Counted from the first letter of the stretch, positions 6,824-16,836 are shown. The stretch is 64,000 nucleotides of DNA from an uncultured Lachnospiraceae bacterium (GCA_947629525.1 CANREB010000005.1:13738-77737), one strand, 5' to 3'. Notes: generated by a model not told the origin, from the letters alone. Program-made: numbers and translations.

Positions 6824-7798
6824 TCAGACTGCCCCCTTAAACAGATTAATGACAAGCTTGACCTCGCCTACGCCAAGTCCCAGTTCTTTGGCAATATCAA
6901 CGTTTGACATTCCTTCATTGTGCATCCTTAATATTTTATCGTTATTGTTTTCGCCGTTGTCCTCTGTACTGTATGTCTGCGGCTGTTTTGTCTCTTTTTT
7001 TACAGGTCTTTCCACTCTCGGCGCCTGTTCCGCAAATGAATATACTTCAACAGGCTTAGCGTCAACCGATGATACTGAAGCGGTGGGAAGTATCTCCACG
7101 CTCTTTACAACAAGCGGTCTGAGTTCATCCTGCGCCTCTGACACAGGCTTTGCGTTCTGCAGGCTGCGGTTTATCATAAGCGCCTGTCTGTCTGTCCTGT
7201 CATTTTGATGATTATACATAGGAAGCGCCTGCTGCATAGGAAGTATGAGTCTTGCCATCTGCCTGCGCGCAAGTTCTTTTTCACGTTCCGCGCTATCCCT
7301 TGCTTCACGCGCGGCGGCTTCGTTCATCTGCTCTTTTTCCTTTGCTTCAGCCTCTTCTTTTGCCCTTGCCGCCAAAGCTATAGCCGCGGCATTTGCCGCT
7401 TCCTCCGCCTCTCTTGCCGTTTTATCAACATGCTTGACTGTCTCTTTTAAATTATTGTGCTTATCATTCAGCATATCATATAAAAACATGACTTCCTGAT
7501 GCGCCTTGTTTATATCCGCAAGAACAGTTTCCGAATATTCGCTGATAGCCATTATCTTTTCATTTGATACCCTCTCACTCGCCCGCTCTGTCTTTTCAAC
7601 AGCATATTCAAGAGTTTCGTCTACAACTTCTTTGACACGCTCTTTGGCATCGTTCATCTCTTTATCTATAATGTCCCTGATAAGTCCCTCATCTATCTGT
7701 CTTACTTCCTCGTTCTCCTGCGATCTGCCCGAAACAAGAAAGCTCACAACAAAAGCACCCGCTCCCAAAATGAGCAGTACGACCTCGATCCAATTCAT
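6824..7798 (-). CDS. single-pass membrane coiled-coil protein with a C-terminal helix-turn-helix
   Basis: N-terminal TM segment (MNWIEVVLLILGAGAFVVSFLV), then a long charged helical region. The C-terminus ILRMHNEGMSNVDIAKELGLGVGEVKLVINL is sigma-region-4-like. Occupies the position of swrB in B. subtilis. Confidence 0.55.
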   Translation of the reverse strand: MNWIEVVLLILGAGAFVVSFLVSGRSQENEEVRQIDEGLIRDIIDKEMNDAKERVKEVVDETLEYAVEKTERASERVSNEKIMAISEYSETVLADINKAHQEVMFLYDMLNDKHNNLKETVKHVDKTAREAEEAANAAAIALAARAKEEAEAKEKEQMNEAAAREARDSAEREKELARRQMARLILPMQQALPMYNHQNDRTDRQALMINRSLQNAKPVSEAQDELRPLVVKSVEILPTASVSSVDAKPVEVYSFAEQAPRVERPVKKETKQPQTYSTEDNGENNNDKILRMHNEGMSNVDIAKELGLGVGEVKLVINLFKGAV

Positions 7799-7826
7799 TT
7801 AATACCAAACCTTTCCCGTAACCGGC

Positions 7827-8141
7827 TTATATTTTCATGTCAAAACCGCCGTCTAACTTATTTACTACCTTGCCATCACCTTTAAGCGTCTTTTTGCGGC
7901 GTTTGCCGCCGTCGCCCTGATATTGATTATGCCCCTTTTCCTTTGCATCGAAACGCTCTTCCATAAGAAGTGTCTCTTCCGTCTGGACAACCATTCTTGC
8001 TCTGTCCTGCTCTCTCTTCACTTCCTGAGCCTGAATATTTCCTTGGTCTACCATACCTTTTTCTACCATTTTTGTCTGATTGTGAAGTACATTATCAGTT
8101 TGCTGTATAGTTCCGTTTAACAGTACAGGACTGATTGCCAT
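7827..8141 (-). CDS. small hypothetical protein (104 aa), in the fla/che tail
   Basis: Strong SD (AAAGGAGGGG) 7 nt before the ATG. Charged and Gln-rich. No family recognised. Confidence 0.55.
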   Translation of the reverse strand: MAISPVLLNGTIQQTDNVLHNQTKMVEKGMVDQGNIQAQEVKREQDRARMVVQTEETLLMEERFDAKEKGHNQYQGDGGKRRKKTLKGDGKVVNKLDGGFDMKI

Positions 8142-8179
8142 ACTGACCCCTCCTTTCGATGTTTCCGCTGCAATAGCCC

Positions 8180-9769
8180 CTACAGATTAGTAGAGGCTAC
8201 ATCTGCACCTTTCTTTATCAACCTGCAGTATGTATATTCATTCTTGATTGTCATTGTCGCTCCCGATATGCTTATATTGACGCCTTGGTACATAGTACCT
8301 CTCACGTCTATATGTGCATTATCCTCGCCTTTTATCAGGCTGTCAAGCGCTTCTATTTCTTTTAAGCTCTCCTGTACCTGCTTTTGCGTCTCGGCAAGCG
8401 TCACCTGCAATGCCCTCGCTTTTTTTATCTGGTCAGGCGTAAGCGTTACTCCTGATTTGAGCTTTCTTGCTGTTTCCTCAATGACTTTTTTCATCTGCGG
8501 TATCATTTTTGACTTCTCGCCGACATCTTTTTGAAGCATGGCAAGGCGCTTTTTTGCCTCGGGATCGCACCCGACCTCAATAGTAGTAGTCGCGCCCATT
8601 GCCGAACCCGCATTTTTGACATTTACGGCTTTTTTTGCAACTACCCTGCCGCCTGTGATAAGTCCTTTTCCTGCCTCGGCATTTACGTATGTCCCCGCGG
8701 TCACTCTTGCATTTAAGATCTGCTCTGCCTCGACAAAACCGCCCGCTTCGACCTGTGCCGCCGATATGAACTTGGCTATGATATTGCCGCCAGCCTTAAG
8801 AATGCCTTTGTTCTGACCGTGCATACCGCGGACTATTATGATGTTGCCGCCCGCTTCTATGTTAGCGCCTTCAACGACGCCGTTCACAAATACGTTGCCG
8901 TCCGTCTTGACACAGAAATTCTCGCATACATTTCCCTTTACGTCAACATCGCCATGATACTGTATATTGCCTGTGGACGTGCCTACGTTCTCGACCGCAT
9001 AGACGTCGGAAACGAATACCGTGCCGTCTACAAGTGCTGCATGACCGTCTACCATGCTGATATATTTCAAGCCGTCCTCAGAGACCTCGATATTCCTGCC
9101 GTGAGGTATTTTTGTTGATTTTACCTCCCTCGCCGGGGTAACATTACCGAACACGTCAACGCCGTCATCGCCCTTCTGCTCGGGAATTATCTCGGCAAGC
9201 ACCTGTCCTTTCGTGCAGTGATGAAGCCTGTTAAGCTTGAAGAAGTCAACACTTCCGTCTTCATTCAGCTCGGGGCGCGTTGAATTGTTGGTATCGAAAT
9301 GAAATACAACCGATGCGTCCCTGCCCGCTGTCGGTGTCGAACCGCGCGCAACAATGATGTCCGTACAGTATTCCTTTTCCTCAAGCGCCGCGCGTATAGC
9401 CGCATCATCTATTCCCGTCGTTATCTTTTCCCGCTGCAGTATCTCCATAACATGCGCCCTCGTAAGCGGCGCTCCGCCCACGCTTGGTGGGAAAAGCCGC
9501 ATTACAGCCGTAAGCCTGTCATGCGTCACATCGATAGTGCATTTTTCATCAACCGGCGGTATCTGCATACTGCTTAAAAAAACAGCAACCTCTTCCTCAC
9601 CCAAATCGTGTAGCGCGGAGTTGATTGCCTTATTATCATAGGGAACGCCTACCCTGTCAAGGTACTCCTTTAGCTCGTTTACACGTATCTTCTCGCCTTC
9701 CCCAATCGGCGGGAACAATATCACACTCACGCCCTCTTTATTGACGCTAAGCTGAAAATATCCGTTCAT
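8180..9769 (-). CDS. FapA-family (DUF342) flagellar assembly protein
   Basis: Typical N-terminus MNGYFQLSVNKEGVSVILFPP..., a beta-helix-like G-rich repeat region (GNV..VNG..) and a C-terminal coiled coil. ATG 9767-9769 is preferred over the GTG at 9808 given in the ORF track. Confidence 0.75.
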   Translation of the reverse strand: MNGYFQLSVNKEGVSVILFPPIGEGEKIRVNELKEYLDRVGVPYDNKAINSALHDLGEEEVAVFLSSMQIPPVDEKCTIDVTHDRLTAVMRLFPPSVGGAPLTRAHVMEILQREKITTGIDDAAIRAALEEKEYCTDIIVARGSTPTAGRDASVVFHFDTNNSTRPELNEDGSVDFFKLNRLHHCTKGQVLAEIIPEQKGDDGVDVFGNVTPAREVKSTKIPHGRNIEVSEDGLKYISMVDGHAALVDGTVFVSDVYAVENVGTSTGNIQYHGDVDVKGNVCENFCVKTDGNVFVNGVVEGANIEAGGNIIIVRGMHGQNKGILKAGGNIIAKFISAAQVEAGGFVEAEQILNARVTAGTYVNAEAGKGLITGGRVVAKKAVNVKNAGSAMGATTTIEVGCDPEAKKRLAMLQKDVGEKSKMIPQMKKVIEETARKLKSGVTLTPDQIKKARALQVTLAETQKQVQESLKEIEALDSLIKGEDNAHIDVRGTMYQGVNISISGATMTIKNEYTYCRLIKKGADVASTNL

Positions 9770-9811
9770 ACCAATTCCCCACTTCCAATATAATGCAAAA
9801 CGGGGCACACA

Positions 9812-10576
9812 TCACTGTTCAAGAAGCCCCATATATCTGCCCATTTTTGTTTTCATCTTTTGAAGAGCCCTTGTGTGAAGCTGAGATACGCGCGACTCCG
9901 TTACTTCAAGCACACTGCTTATCTCCTTTAAGGTAAGCTCCTCGTAATAGTACAGCAAAATTACTTTTTTTTCTTTTTCCGTCAAAAGTTCAAGCGCCTC
10001 GCCAAGCACTTCCTTAAGCTCGCTCTTCTCAATGACGCTTTCCGGTGCGTCATAATTTGAACTGGAAACTCTCTCCGATGAAATGTCGTTCCCCTGTTCT
10101 ATATATTCATTCAGTGAAATCACGTTATCCGCTTTCGCCTGATTTTGCCAATCCAACAGTTCGTCGTCGGTAATACCGATACGCTTGGCAAGTTCCGCGT
10201 CAGACGCCGGTCTTCCGTTTTCCTGCTCAAGTTCTTTCATAGCGGCATCGATCTGTTTCTGACGCTGCCTTATGGTACGCGGGATCCAGTCCATCTTTCT
10301 TATCTGGTCAAGTATCGCGCCGCGTATACGCAGGCTTGCGTAAGTCTCAAATTTGACTTCTTTAGTCAAATCGTACTTGTCGATCGCATCTATCAAACCG
10401 AAAACACCGTAACTGACGAGATCTTCATATTCAACATTGTAGCCTAAATACATACTGAGGCGTCCCGCAACTACCTTCACCAGCGGCGCGTATTCAAGAA
10501 TAAGCTTTTCCCTGAGTTCCGGTTCTTTTTGGCGGTTATAGTCGTCCCATAGCTTTTTGCGCGCATTATCATTCAT
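9812..10576 (-). CDS. fliA: flagellar sigma factor sigma-28 (FliA/SigD/WhiG family)
   Basis: 254 aa with regions 2-4 recognisable (YAPLVKVVAGRL, DLVSYGVFGLIDAIDKYD, LTLKEISSVLEVTESRVSQLH). Lies at the distal end of the fla/che cluster, as in Bacillus. Confidence 0.9.
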   Translation of the reverse strand: MNDNARKKLWDDYNRQKEPELREKLILEYAPLVKVVAGRLSMYLGYNVEYEDLVSYGVFGLIDAIDKYDLTKEVKFETYASLRIRGAILDQIRKMDWIPRTIRQRQKQIDAAMKELEQENGRPASDAELAKRIGITDDELLDWQNQAKADNVISLNEYIEQGNDISSERVSSSNYDAPESVIEKSELKEVLGEALELLTEKEKKVILLYYYEELTLKEISSVLEVTESRVSQLHTRALQKMKTKMGRYMGLLEQ

Positions 10577-10620
10577 GGCATTCTCCCATCTGAACTCAAT
10601 CGTACAAAAGCATCCTGCTT

Positions 10621-11088
10621 TTATTCATCGTATTCCGCTTCGTCCTCATCGGAATTTTCATCATCACTGTCCTCAGTGTCCGCAGTATCGTCGGTATATT
10701 CCTGCAGTTCCTCCTCTGAATATCCCTCCTCCGTGCTGTCGGAAACAGAAGAAGAAGTATCAGCGGACGCTAAAAATGCGTCCGCATCAAACTCTTCATC
10801 CTCGTCTTCATCATCATCGGCATATGCCCTCACATTACCCGATTCCTCGGCAAATCTCGACAGAGGTATATAATCGCTGTAATCAACGTCCTGAGTGATT
10901 ATCCTCGGTCTGATAGCCGCATATATGTATCTGATCACATCGCCTATGAAATAAAACACTATCAGCACTAAGAGCAGTACCCACAGCATCCTCTCAAACT
11001 CAAACTTCCTTATATACATAATGACCGCCGCTATCGCTCCCGCAAGCAGCATTATAAACGGTGTTATAAGCTTTACCTTATTTCCCAT
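10621..11088 (-). CDS. small membrane protein with two TM segments and a poly-acidic C-terminal tail
   Basis: TM segments LITPFIMLLAGAIAAVIMYI and MLWVLLLVLIVFYFIG. The tail is about 45% Asp/Glu (DDDEDEDEEFD...DSDDENSDEDEAEYDE). SD AAGGGAAG. Confidence 0.6.
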   Translation of the reverse strand: MGNKVKLITPFIMLLAGAIAAVIMYIRKFEFERMLWVLLLVLIVFYFIGDVIRYIYAAIRPRIITQDVDYSDYIPLSRFAEESGNVRAYADDDEDEDEEFDADAFLASADTSSSVSDSTEEGYSEEELQEYTDDTADTEDSDDENSDEDEAEYDE

Positions 11089-11100
11089 TTTAACTTCCCT

Positions 11101-11586
11101 TCAAATCGTCTTCTCAGGCTTTCCCGCCGAGCGTATCACCAGTTCGCCCGTTTCGGGATAAAATATTATGGTACGTCCATAATTAAGCCCTGTGTCCTCA
11201 GCTTTCAGCGGTATGCCAAGTTCCTTAAGCTTTTTTTTGCTCGCCTCGACATTTCTGTCGCCGACCCTGACCATATCTGATTTGTTCTGAAATGCAAACA
11301 TCTGCGCGCCTCCCGCTATCTTCGCTTCAAAACGCGCCTTTTTGCCTCCCATGGCAATCAGTTTATTAACTAAATCTTCAATACCGGTATCTGCAAACTT
11401 GTATCTGTTTGAATTATTCGCAATCTGCGTGCTGTCAGGAAGCATTGCATGCGCCAGTCCGCCTATTTTAGCGACCGGATCCCTTATACATATGCCCACG
11501 CATGAACCAAGTCCAAGAGTCGTAATGCCATCAGGGCTTTTGCAGACATTCAAGTCAGCCATACCTACTTTCACAATATTTGCCAT
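11101..11586 (-). CDS. cheD: chemoreceptor glutamine deamidase CheD
   Basis: MANIVKVGMADLNVCKSPDGITTLGLGSCVGICIRD...GGLAHAMLP matches the CheD signature. Confidence 0.9.
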   Translation of the reverse strand: MANIVKVGMADLNVCKSPDGITTLGLGSCVGICIRDPVAKIGGLAHAMLPDSTQIANNSNRYKFADTGIEDLVNKLIAMGGKKARFEAKIAGGAQMFAFQNKSDMVRVGDRNVEASKKKLKELGIPLKAEDTGLNYGRTIIFYPETGELVIRSAGKPEKTI

Positions 11587-11616
11587 ACAGTTATTTTCCT
11601 TCCAACCTATATGAAG

Positions 11617-12231
11617 CTATATTGACAGTCCAAGCGCCCCAAGCATCTTAGAGTATGATTCCAAATCGGGCATCAATATAAAATATCCGTTCAGATCCAC
11701 GTCGTCAGTAAACACTGTCTGAATAAGCAGGATCTGATCGCCCATAATGCCAAACTCAATCGCCGGAACGCTAAGGATAGCATTTAACATATCAATGTTC
11801 AAATCAGGAACGGAAGGGATCATTTTTAAGTTGGTAAGCTGCGCAAGAGAATTGAGATAAGCGCCCGTAATGATATTTCCGATCTCTTTCAGTGCGGATA
11901 TCTCGATATCGGTAAATTCACCTTCCGCTGCGGGCATCATCATAAGCTTCTCAACAAGAGCCTTGCCCGCGCTCTTTTCAAGCACAAACATAATGCTTCC
12001 CGTAATATCGCCTTCAACAGCAAGGTAAATGCCTACCACTATCTGTTCCTCGCCGCCCATTGCCTCGCCTACATCTTTAAAATCAAGAAGCCTTACCTGC
12101 GGCACTTTCATATCCACCTTGCATTGAAGCATCTGGGCAAGCGCCGTAGTCGCGTTGCCTGCCCCGATATTGCCGAGTTCTTTTAAAACATCATAGTATT
12201 CTGTTGTTACTTTTTCAAAACTAACAGCCAT
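11617..12231 (-). CDS. cheC: CheY-P phosphatase CheC
   Basis: DVLKELGNIGAGNATTALAQML and the second repeat ALKEIGNIITGAYLNSLA match the CheC duplicated motif. Confidence 0.9.
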   Translation of the reverse strand: MAVSFEKVTTEYYDVLKELGNIGAGNATTALAQMLQCKVDMKVPQVRLLDFKDVGEAMGGEEQIVVGIYLAVEGDITGSIMFVLEKSAGKALVEKLMMMPAAEGEFTDIEISALKEIGNIITGAYLNSLAQLTNLKMIPSVPDLNIDMLNAILSVPAIEFGIMGDQILLIQTVFTDDVDLNGYFILMPDLESYSKMLGALGLSI

Positions 12232-12259
12232 AATACCACCTAAACCTTTCTATTCGGTT

Positions 12260-12757
12260 TTAAGCATCTACGACATCTGACAGTACAGCGTTGATATCGA
12301 GAAGTGAGATAAGCTTTCCGTCATATTTGCCTACGCCGCTTAAGAATTTTGACTTCTCGTCTTTGTCATAGGATGGTCTCTCGATATGTTCGTCGTCAAG
12401 AGTGACAACTTCCTTAACTTCATCGACAAGTACTCCTATCGATTCATGCTGTTCAAGCTTAAGGATGATTATCCTTGTCTTTTTGGTTATCTCGTCATCG
12501 GAAAGCCCCATCTTAAGCCGCAGGCTTATCGTAGGTATGACCTCGCCTCTAAGATTGATAACGCCCTTGATATAGCTGTATACCTGCGGCACTCTTGTAA
12601 TCTTCTGCATCCTGACGATATTGGAAATATATTTTATATCAATACCGTACTGCTCATTGCCAAGCTGTGTCACTATAAACTGTGTAGTATCATGTTCAAC
12701 CGGACGGTTTAAGCTCTCATTACGCTTTTGTTCGTCCATTACTTTTACTTCGTCCAT
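12260..12757 (-). CDS. cheW: chemotaxis coupling protein CheW
   Basis: CheW fold motifs (FIVTQLGNEQYGIDIKYISNIV, VINLRGEVIP). ATG 12755-12757 with GGAAAGGCAGG upstream is preferred over the TTG at 12781. Confidence 0.9.
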   Translation of the reverse strand: MDEVKVMDEQKRNESLNRPVEHDTTQFIVTQLGNEQYGIDIKYISNIVRMQKITRVPQVYSYIKGVINLRGEVIPTISLRLKMGLSDDEITKKTRIIILKLEQHESIGVLVDEVKEVVTLDDEHIERPSYDKDEKSKFLSGVGKYDGKLISLLDINAVLSDVVDA

Positions 12758-12787
12758 GTTCGTACCTGCCTTTCCACTCAATCATGA

Positions 12788-14920
12788 TCAAATCAGCGCA
12801 TTGGCATCTATGATAAGAGCCACGTCGCCGTTACCTAAAATAGTAGCGCCGCTAATAATCTTGGGAACTTTGATATACTTACCCATAGACTTAATAACAA
12901 CTTCCTGCTGTCCGATAAGTTCGTCTACTACCAGACCTGCCTGCTTGTCGCCTTTCTTTACGATAATGACTGTAAGGTTTTTATTCTCGTCAGCCGTAGA
13001 CTCGATATCAAGCAGCTTGTTAAGCCTGATGATAGGAATGACAGTACCACGTATATGTATAACTTCTTTTGCCTGAACAAACTTAATATCACTCGGCGAT
13101 ACGTCCTCGATAGTCTGAATAGAGCCGAGCGCTATAGCGTATTTCTCATCGCCTACGACTACCATGAGCGCCTGTATGATGGCAAGCGTCAGAGGAAGCC
13201 TGATGATCCATGAAGAACCTTCTCCGAATTTGTTCTTGACTTCGACTTCACCGCTGAGAGACTCTATCTTTGACTTAACGACATCAAGTCCCACGCCTCG
13301 TCCCGATACATCCGAAACTTTCTTCGCCGTAGAAAAACTTGGAAGGAACAGAAGGTCGATGACTTCTTTTTCGGTCATATTCTCAGCCTGCTCAGGTGTT
13401 ATCGTTCCGCGCTCTATAGCTTTGCTCTTAACTGCCTCTATATCGATTCCGCCGCCGTCGTCCCTTACCGAGATCACAACGTTGTTGCCGTCCTGATAAG
13501 CGTCAAGGAAAATAGAACCTACCTCGGGCTTGCCGTTAGCCAGTCTGACGTCGTTAGGCTCAAGACCATGGTCGGCAGAGTTTCTGAGCATGTGCATGAG
13601 CGGATCGCCTATCTCATCTACAACCGTACGGTCAAGCTCTGTATCTTCACCTGACATATACAGCTCCATCTTTTTGTCAAGCTTCTTTGAAAGATCCCTT
13701 ATCATCCTCGGGAACTTTGCAACTACGCTCTCAATAGGCACCATTCGCACTTTCATAACCGACTCATGAAGGTTCGTGGTAACACTCTCGAGATATTCTA
13801 TCTGTTCGTTGACCGCACTGTTAGTGTCCTTGCCCTCTGTGGCTGTAGCCGCAACAAGCGAGTTCTTCGCAATGATAAGCTCGCTGACAAGGTTCATCAG
13901 GTTGTCAAGCTTCTCGATATCAACTCTTACCGTCCTGTTTACAACAGGTTTTGCCGCCGGCTTCGCGGCGCTGCCTGCAGCAGGTTTTGCGGCTGCAGGC
14001 GCGGGCTTCGGCGCTGCCTCTGCGGGTTTTGTCTCCGCGGGTTTCTCTGCCGCTTTTTCACTTTCCTGTGAAGACGCTGCCGCAGTCTCGCCGAGTTTAT
14101 ACTCTTCGCAGAGAGCTTCTTCTATCTCGGAAACGCTCTTTATCGCCGCTATGACTTCGTCCCTTGTATTGCCTGATATAAATATAAGGCTGAACGAAAG
14201 TTCAAATTTTTCATCCTCTATATCCTGCACCGTGGGGGACGATACGATGATCTCGCCCAGTTTCTCAAGAGCTTTGAATACAAGGAAAGCTCTTGCCGCT
14301 TTAAGTACGCAGGCTTCTTCAACATACACGGACACTCCGTATACCTTAAGACCTTCGCTGTTTGCTTTCTCTATGAGCATCTTCTCCGTGTCGCCGATCT
14401 TGATGTCATGCCACTTCTCACGGCTTGCACCTGATGCGGACGCATTCTCTGCGGGCGCAGACTCAGCCGACGCTGCGGGTGCGCTCTCGGCAGGCGCTGC
14501 ATCGGCACTGTCCGATGAGCCGCCTTTTACCTGCCCGTTATTTTTCAATATGTCATTCAATATTTTGATGAGATCCTCGTTGTCATTAGTACCCTCGTCA
14601 GTCGTCTGCTGAATATTGTCAACATACTCCTCCAACGCGTCAAGGCACTTGAAAAGGACATCGATCATATCGGGCTGGACTTTAAATGTGCCGTTCCTTA
14701 CCTCGGAAAATACATTCTCCATATCATGGGTAAGATTCTGCATCCTCTTATAACCCATAGTACCTGCCATACCCTTAAGAGAGTGTGCTGCTCTGAATAT
14801 CTCGTTGATGGTGTCCATGTTCTCAGGGTTCTGTTCCAACTCCATTATCTGAGTATTCAGGTTTTGTAAATGTTCCTTTGATTCATCAAGGAAAATCTCA
14901 AGATATTGACTAGTATCCAT
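12788..14920 (-). CDS. cheA: chemotaxis histidine kinase CheA
   Basis: HPt motif RAAHSLKGMAG, HATPase block (NSADHGLE, DDGGGID, GRGVGLDVV) and a C-terminal CheW-like domain. ATG 14918-14920 follows GGGGG and sits next to the cheB stop. Confidence 0.95.
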   Translation of the reverse strand: MDTSQYLEIFLDESKEHLQNLNTQIMELEQNPENMDTINEIFRAAHSLKGMAGTMGYKRMQNLTHDMENVFSEVRNGTFKVQPDMIDVLFKCLDALEEYVDNIQQTTDEGTNDNEDLIKILNDILKNNGQVKGGSSDSADAAPAESAPAASAESAPAENASASGASREKWHDIKIGDTEKMLIEKANSEGLKVYGVSVYVEEACVLKAARAFLVFKALEKLGEIIVSSPTVQDIEDEKFELSFSLIFISGNTRDEVIAAIKSVSEIEEALCEEYKLGETAAASSQESEKAAEKPAETKPAEAAPKPAPAAAKPAAGSAAKPAAKPVVNRTVRVDIEKLDNLMNLVSELIIAKNSLVAATATEGKDTNSAVNEQIEYLESVTTNLHESVMKVRMVPIESVVAKFPRMIRDLSKKLDKKMELYMSGEDTELDRTVVDEIGDPLMHMLRNSADHGLEPNDVRLANGKPEVGSIFLDAYQDGNNVVISVRDDGGGIDIEAVKSKAIERGTITPEQAENMTEKEVIDLLFLPSFSTAKKVSDVSGRGVGLDVVKSKIESLSGEVEVKNKFGEGSSWIIRLPLTLAIIQALMVVVGDEKYAIALGSIQTIEDVSPSDIKFVQAKEVIHIRGTVIPIIRLNKLLDIESTADENKNLTVIIVKKGDKQAGLVVDELIGQQEVVIKSMGKYIKVPKIISGATILGNGDVALIIDANALI

Positions 14921-14921
14921 A

Positions 14922-16010
14922 CTACTTGACCCCCACATTCATTATGATTTCCTGTGCCACGTCATCAAGCGGTACGACCTGATCGACCAAGCCTGTATGC
15001 GCTATGCTCCTCGGCATCCCGTAAACGGTAGAGGACGCTTCATCCTGTGCAATGACGTGTATGTTTTTTGCTGTTTTCAAATTCACGATTCCTTTAGTGC
15101 CGTCCGCACCCATTCCGGTGAGTACGACACATACTACCTGAGAGTAGCTGCTCGTCTTTAACGACTCATACATATAATTCGCGCATGGTTTGACGCTTTC
15201 TCTCGGCGGTTCGTCGGTATATGTAATGACTGCTTTTCCCGCTTTGGAAGTGACATTCATATGCATGCCGCCTCTCGCAAGATATACCGTACCGTTTTCC
15301 AGTACATCGCCTTCCGCCGCTTCTTTGACTTTGATAGCGCTGAGCGTATCAAGGCGCTCCGCAAGCGACTGTGTGAAACCTTTCGGCATATGCTGAACGA
15401 TAAGGACAGGCGCGGCAAGTTCGGCAGGAAGCCTCGGCACAACGCTCTGCAGCGCCTTGGGACCGCCTGTAGAGCATGCTATTGCCACTATCTTCTGACC
15501 GCCAACCGCGGGTTTGCTCTTCCTGACAAGGTTGACAAGCGACTGTGTATGCTCTTCCTGCTTATGTCTCGGCAGAACAGGGACTGATGAAAGGTTCGTA
15601 TGGCGGCTCGTGACTACCGCATACAGAACGTCAAGGAATTTCGCCTTAAATTCATCGCCCTTAAGATAAACGATATTGGCAGGTTTCTCGACAAAGTCTA
15701 TCGCGCCGAGTTCCAATGATTCCATAGTCACGGCAGCGCCGTCGTGCGTGTCCGTGCTCGCCATCATGATATGAGCGCGTATCTTATCCTGCTGAAGCAT
15801 ACGCAAAAGCTGAATGCCGTTGATCTTCGGCATATTGACATCAAGGACTACGCCGTCGTACTGCTTTTCCTTAAGAAGCTTATATGCAGCCTCGCCGTCA
15901 TATGCCTGCTCCACTACCTCAAACCGTTCATCAGAATTTATTATATCACACATAACTCTTCTCATAAGTGCAGAGTCATCAACCACTAAAATTTTTTTCT
16001 TATCCGCCAT
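14922..16010 (-). CDS. cheB: protein-glutamate methylesterase/deamidase CheB (receiver plus esterase)
   Basis: KKILVVDDSALMRR receiver domain plus the esterase motifs ACSTGGP and GMGADG. ATG 16008-16010 follows GGGGGA. Confidence 0.92.
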   Translation of the reverse strand: MADKKKILVVDDSALMRRVMCDIINSDERFEVVEQAYDGEAAYKLLKEKQYDGVVLDVNMPKINGIQLLRMLQQDKIRAHIMMASTDTHDGAAVTMESLELGAIDFVEKPANIVYLKGDEFKAKFLDVLYAVVTSRHTNLSSVPVLPRHKQEEHTQSLVNLVRKSKPAVGGQKIVAIACSTGGPKALQSVVPRLPAELAAPVLIVQHMPKGFTQSLAERLDTLSAIKVKEAAEGDVLENGTVYLARGGMHMNVTSKAGKAVITYTDEPPRESVKPCANYMYESLKTSSYSQVVCVVLTGMGADGTKGIVNLKTAKNIHVIAQDEASSTVYGMPRSIAHTGLVDQVVPLDDVAQEIIMNVGVK

Positions 16011-16057
16011 ATTATTCCCCCATACTGCCTGCCGGCATTTCAAATATTATTCAGTGA

Positions 16058-16807
16058 TCATTCAGTGTCTTCAAGCATCCTGCTGTATTTCCTGTTTTTT
16101 CTTTCCTCGTCAAATATATATTTTATGATCTCTTCACGTGTCGGGCTCGTTATGTATATATATTTCACACGGTTCTCATATTCTTCCGTGCGGTTCTCTA
16201 TCGGTCTTGAGAATATCACCTTTGCGGCAAGCAGGAATGTCTTTTTGATAGCGCCTACCGGAAGAGTGAACGTCAGAAGTATCGCGCTGTCGCTGACATA
16301 CTGCTGCCTCGATACAAATCTGAGCCCCCCTCCGCTTATGTCAACTATAACGCCTCTTGTCATCGGTTCTTCTTCTATATCCTCATATTCCTCTTTGCTG
16401 TACGCTTCCACCTCTTTCGGCGTCATAGGGCGCGCGGACATATCTATTATACAATTAAACCTGTAATATTCGCGCCTTTGGTATTTGTGAAGATTAGTCG
16501 TCATCTCGGCGACAATGATATATGTGCCGTTTACCTTCTGTCTGTCAACGATCCTGACATCCGCCCTGTACATTCCCCCATGTGAAAAAAAGCAGACGTC
16601 ATACTCGCCTCCTACGGGAAGCAGCACAAGCTTTGCCTGTTCCATCGGCATCACTATCTCAAGCCTGCCGTCGTCGAGCACATCGAATACCGAGGTCTTG
16701 TAAAGCCGTATCCCCTTTGTTCCGTCCGGAAGCACAACCTCAACTGTTGACTTCATCTCGACCTTGTCTCCGGGCGAAATAAATTTCTCTATCATCATTT
16801 CCCTCAT
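16058..16807 (-). CDS. PilZ-domain flagellar brake protein (YcgR/MotI-like c-di-GMP receptor)
   Basis: QRREYYR (RxxxR) and DISGGGLRF (DxSxxG) PilZ motifs after a YcgR-N-like half. Embedded between flhG and cheB. The exact start (M1, M4 or M5) is uncertain. Confidence 0.8.
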   Translation of the reverse strand: MREMMIEKFISPGDKVEMKSTVEVVLPDGTKGIRLYKTSVFDVLDDGRLEIVMPMEQAKLVLLPVGGEYDVCFFSHGGMYRADVRIVDRQKVNGTYIIVAEMTTNLHKYQRREYYRFNCIIDMSARPMTPKEVEAYSKEEYEDIEEEPMTRGVIVDISGGGLRFVSRQQYVSDSAILLTFTLPVGAIKKTFLLAAKVIFSRPIENRTEEYENRVKYIYITSPTREEIIKYIFDEERKNRKYSRMLEDTE

Positions 16808-16836
16808 TTCTACACTGTTTTTTATGTATCATCCTG

